From: a virus
Taxonomy: Duplodnaviria; Caudoviricetes
Direction: 5' to 3' (one strand)
Virus record (IMG/VR): IMGVR_UViG_3300044656_000252
Span: 1-64,000 of that record
Length of the DNA: 64,000 bases
Below, piece by piece: positions 62,503 to 64,000 of this stretch. The notes under the pieces were generated by a model. The model was not told the DNA's origin and made no database searches. It saw only the letters and a list, made by a program, of their open reading frames with translations. Both the position numbers and the translations under genes were made by a program. Within the stretch, counting starts at the first letter, position 1, and every line of letters starts with the position of its first letter.

Positions 62503-62664
62503 GCAATCGAGCGGAGATCTTTCCGATGGTTCACACCCCGACCACACCACGAGCCAGTGCGACCGTGGGCAAAATGCTGGCCAATCCGCCGCCCCAGACC
62601 GCCGTCAGCGCGTCAACACCCGCGCCCGCGATAGATCAGACCGGCTACGCCGCCAGCGCGCCTC

Positions 62665-63321
62665 TCATCCCGCCGGACGCAGAGCCCGGCGCCGGTCCTC
62701 ACCCTTCAGCGCCACCTGGCGGGACATTTCCCTCAACCGCGACGCCACCCGCTCGCCGAGCCCGTTGCGGAGCTCCGCGCCGCCGAGGTTGCTGGTGACG
62801 ATCGTGGCCAGGTGGTGTTCGTACCGGTGGTTGATCACCCGGAACGTGATCTCCTCCGTCCACTCCGACGTCTTGGCCGCGCCGAGGTCGTCGAGCAGCA
62901 ACAGCGGGATCTTCTGGTAGCGGGCCATGGCTGCCTCGGGGTTGCCACGCTCCTTCGGCCGCAGTTCGGCGTAGAGGTCGGCGGCGGTGATGGCGGCCCA
63001 GCTGACGGCGACGCCGCTGTGGGCGATCTGCCGGATCGCCCCGAACGACTCGTGTGTCTTGCCCGTGCCAACCGGCCCGAGCAGGAGCAGCGAGGGTCCT
63101 GTCGCGACGATCGGGTTGAACGCCCGTGCCGACTTGGCCGCGCTGTGGCACAGCTCGACGGCCCAGGCGCGCACGCCGGGGTCGGTGACGGTGGCCTCGC
63201 GGTAGTGGACCGGCACGTCGGCGAGGGCCGCGTCGGCGTTGGCCTGGTTGGTCTCGACCCAGTGCGGGTCCAGGCCCGGGTAGGCGTCGATCAGGTCGAG
63301 CAGCGCGAGTTCGTGCATCAC
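62665..63321 (-). CDS. DnaC/IstB-like AAA+ helicase loader
   Basis: LLLGPVGTGKT, LLLLDDLGA, VINHRY..TIVTSNL..GERVASRL. Confidence 0.92.
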   Translation of the reverse strand: MMHELALLDLIDAYPGLDPHWVETNQANADAALADVPVHYREATVTDPGVRAWAVELCHSAAKSARAFNPIVATGPSLLLLGPVGTGKTHESFGAIRQIAHSGVAVSWAAITAADLYAELRPKERGNPEAAMARYQKIPLLLLDDLGAAKTSEWTEEITFRVINHRYEHHLATIVTSNLGGAELRNGLGERVASRLREMSRQVALKGEDRRRALRPAG

Positions 63322-64000
63322 AGGTCCTCGTCGTAGATGGAGTGATCGGTCGGGCTCCGGAAGGGCTGATAGCCGCCGGCGGCGGCGCGCAGCTGGGGCC
63401 GCTGGGGCTCGTCGTCCCAGCAGCCCTTGTTGAGCCAGGTGGCCGGGTGCTTGGTGTAGGTCGGGTCCTGGCCGGCCCGCTCAGCGGCGTAGCGACGCAC
63501 GCCGGCGATGAGCTCGTCCGCGGTGGCCCCGTCCTTGATGGCCTTGTCCCAGGCGCGGCGGGCGTCCTTCTTCCCGACCTTCTTGGGATAGACCCTCCAG
63601 AACTCGTCGAACTGGGCGGTCGTGATCGCCACCGGCGGCGGGGGAGAGAGATCTATTGGCAGTTCAATTGGCAGTTCACTGGCAGTTGTAGCCGGGGTGA
63701 CCTGCGGTTGTAACGGTTGTGGGGCCGTGACAAACGGCGTGCCGCGCCGTGACTCACGCACTGCCGCGCCGTGACTCACGGCCTGCGACGCCGTGACCGT
63801 CACGTCCTCGCGCGCCGTGACTGTCACGCTCTCCGAGACCGTGACATCACGGTCTGGCGCACCGTGACCGGCGGCCTCCTGAGCCCTCCGCTCGCGGTGC
63901 CGCCGCTGCCGCTCGCGGTCGGCCAGGCGCCGCCGCTCCCGGTGCTGGTCGACCACCGACGGCCCGGTGTTGACGACCTCGAGGTGCAGCCGCCACACCA
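63318..64000 (-). CDS. Phage replication initiator (5' end outside the window)
   Basis: C-terminal FDEFWRVYPKKVGK..A..AW..KHPATWLN..CWDDE; upstream of the DnaC-like gene. Confidence 0.85.
   Translation of the reverse strand, partial: VWRLHLEVVNTGPSVVDQHRERRRLADRERQRRHRERRAQEAAGHGAPDRDVTVSESVTVTAREDVTVTASQAVSHGAAVRESRRGTPFVTAPQPLQPQVTPATTASELPIELPIDLSPPPPVAITTAQFDEFWRVYPKKVGKKDARRAWDKAIKDGATADELIAGVRRYAAERAGQDPTYTKHPATWLNKGCWDDEPQRPQLRAAAGGYQPFRSPTDHSIYDEDL
63725..63868. repeat. Iteron-like CCGTGAC repeats inside the initiator gene (probable ori)
   Basis: Copies at 63725, 63747, 63769, 63791, 63815, 63839, 63862; spacing 22-24 bp. Confidence 0.75.

Larger units (their letters stand above)
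1..64000. mobile_element. Siphovirus-like temperate phage/prophage with an embedded AICE/plasmid-type transfer module; boundaries not determined
   Basis: Contiguous TerS-TerL-portal-capsid-tail-TMP-lysis synteny plus replication initiator/DnaC/RusA early region; no host housekeeping genes recognised. Confidence 0.93.

Noticed and set aside
62665-63321. IS21 element (IstB)
   Set aside because: No IstA transposase or terminal inverted repeats; it is coupled to a phage replication initiator, so a helicase loader is more likely.
128-63713. Many long antisense or alternative-frame ORFs (e.g. 128-1387, 6807-8381, 15351-16994, 32692-34731, 43738-45591, 45233-46870, 53990-55762)
   Set aside because: Arg/Pro/Gly-rich shadow ORFs expected at ~70% GC; they overlap better-supported genes.

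Overview
GC-rich actinomycete DNA made up almost entirely of one siphovirus-type temperate (pro)phage whose right end runs past the window. From left to right it carries: a UTRA-only plus GntR-UTRA regulator pair; a leftward glycosylation operon (2 GT2, a GT4, a frameshifted GT-like gene, an NAD-dependent epimerase, a SAM methyltransferase); and a packaging region (TerS, HNH, TerL) interrupted by a mini VIT1/CCC1 transporter, a Mec-like JAMM protease and a minimal nucleotidyltransferase. Next come a complete head-neck-tail module (portal, MuF-like protein, scaffold, HK97-type capsid, tail tube, frameshifted chaperone, 1140-aa tape measure, tail tip) and a lysis cassette (DUF1906 hydrolase, holin, collagen-like protein, papain-like peptidase). 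The standout is 42.3-49.0 kb, where an actinomycete plasmid/AICE-type conjugation module (Spd-like membrane proteins, TraA-like protein, FtsK-like TraB) is followed by a dense GTGGACC repeat array resembling a clt transfer locus. The right arm is a leftward early region (replication initiator with iterons, DnaC-like loader, WhiB1-like factor, RusA, HIT, nucleoside deoxyribosyltransferase-like protein). No integrase, att site, tRNA, rRNA or CRISPR could be identified. All family calls come from motif recognition by eye, not database searches.
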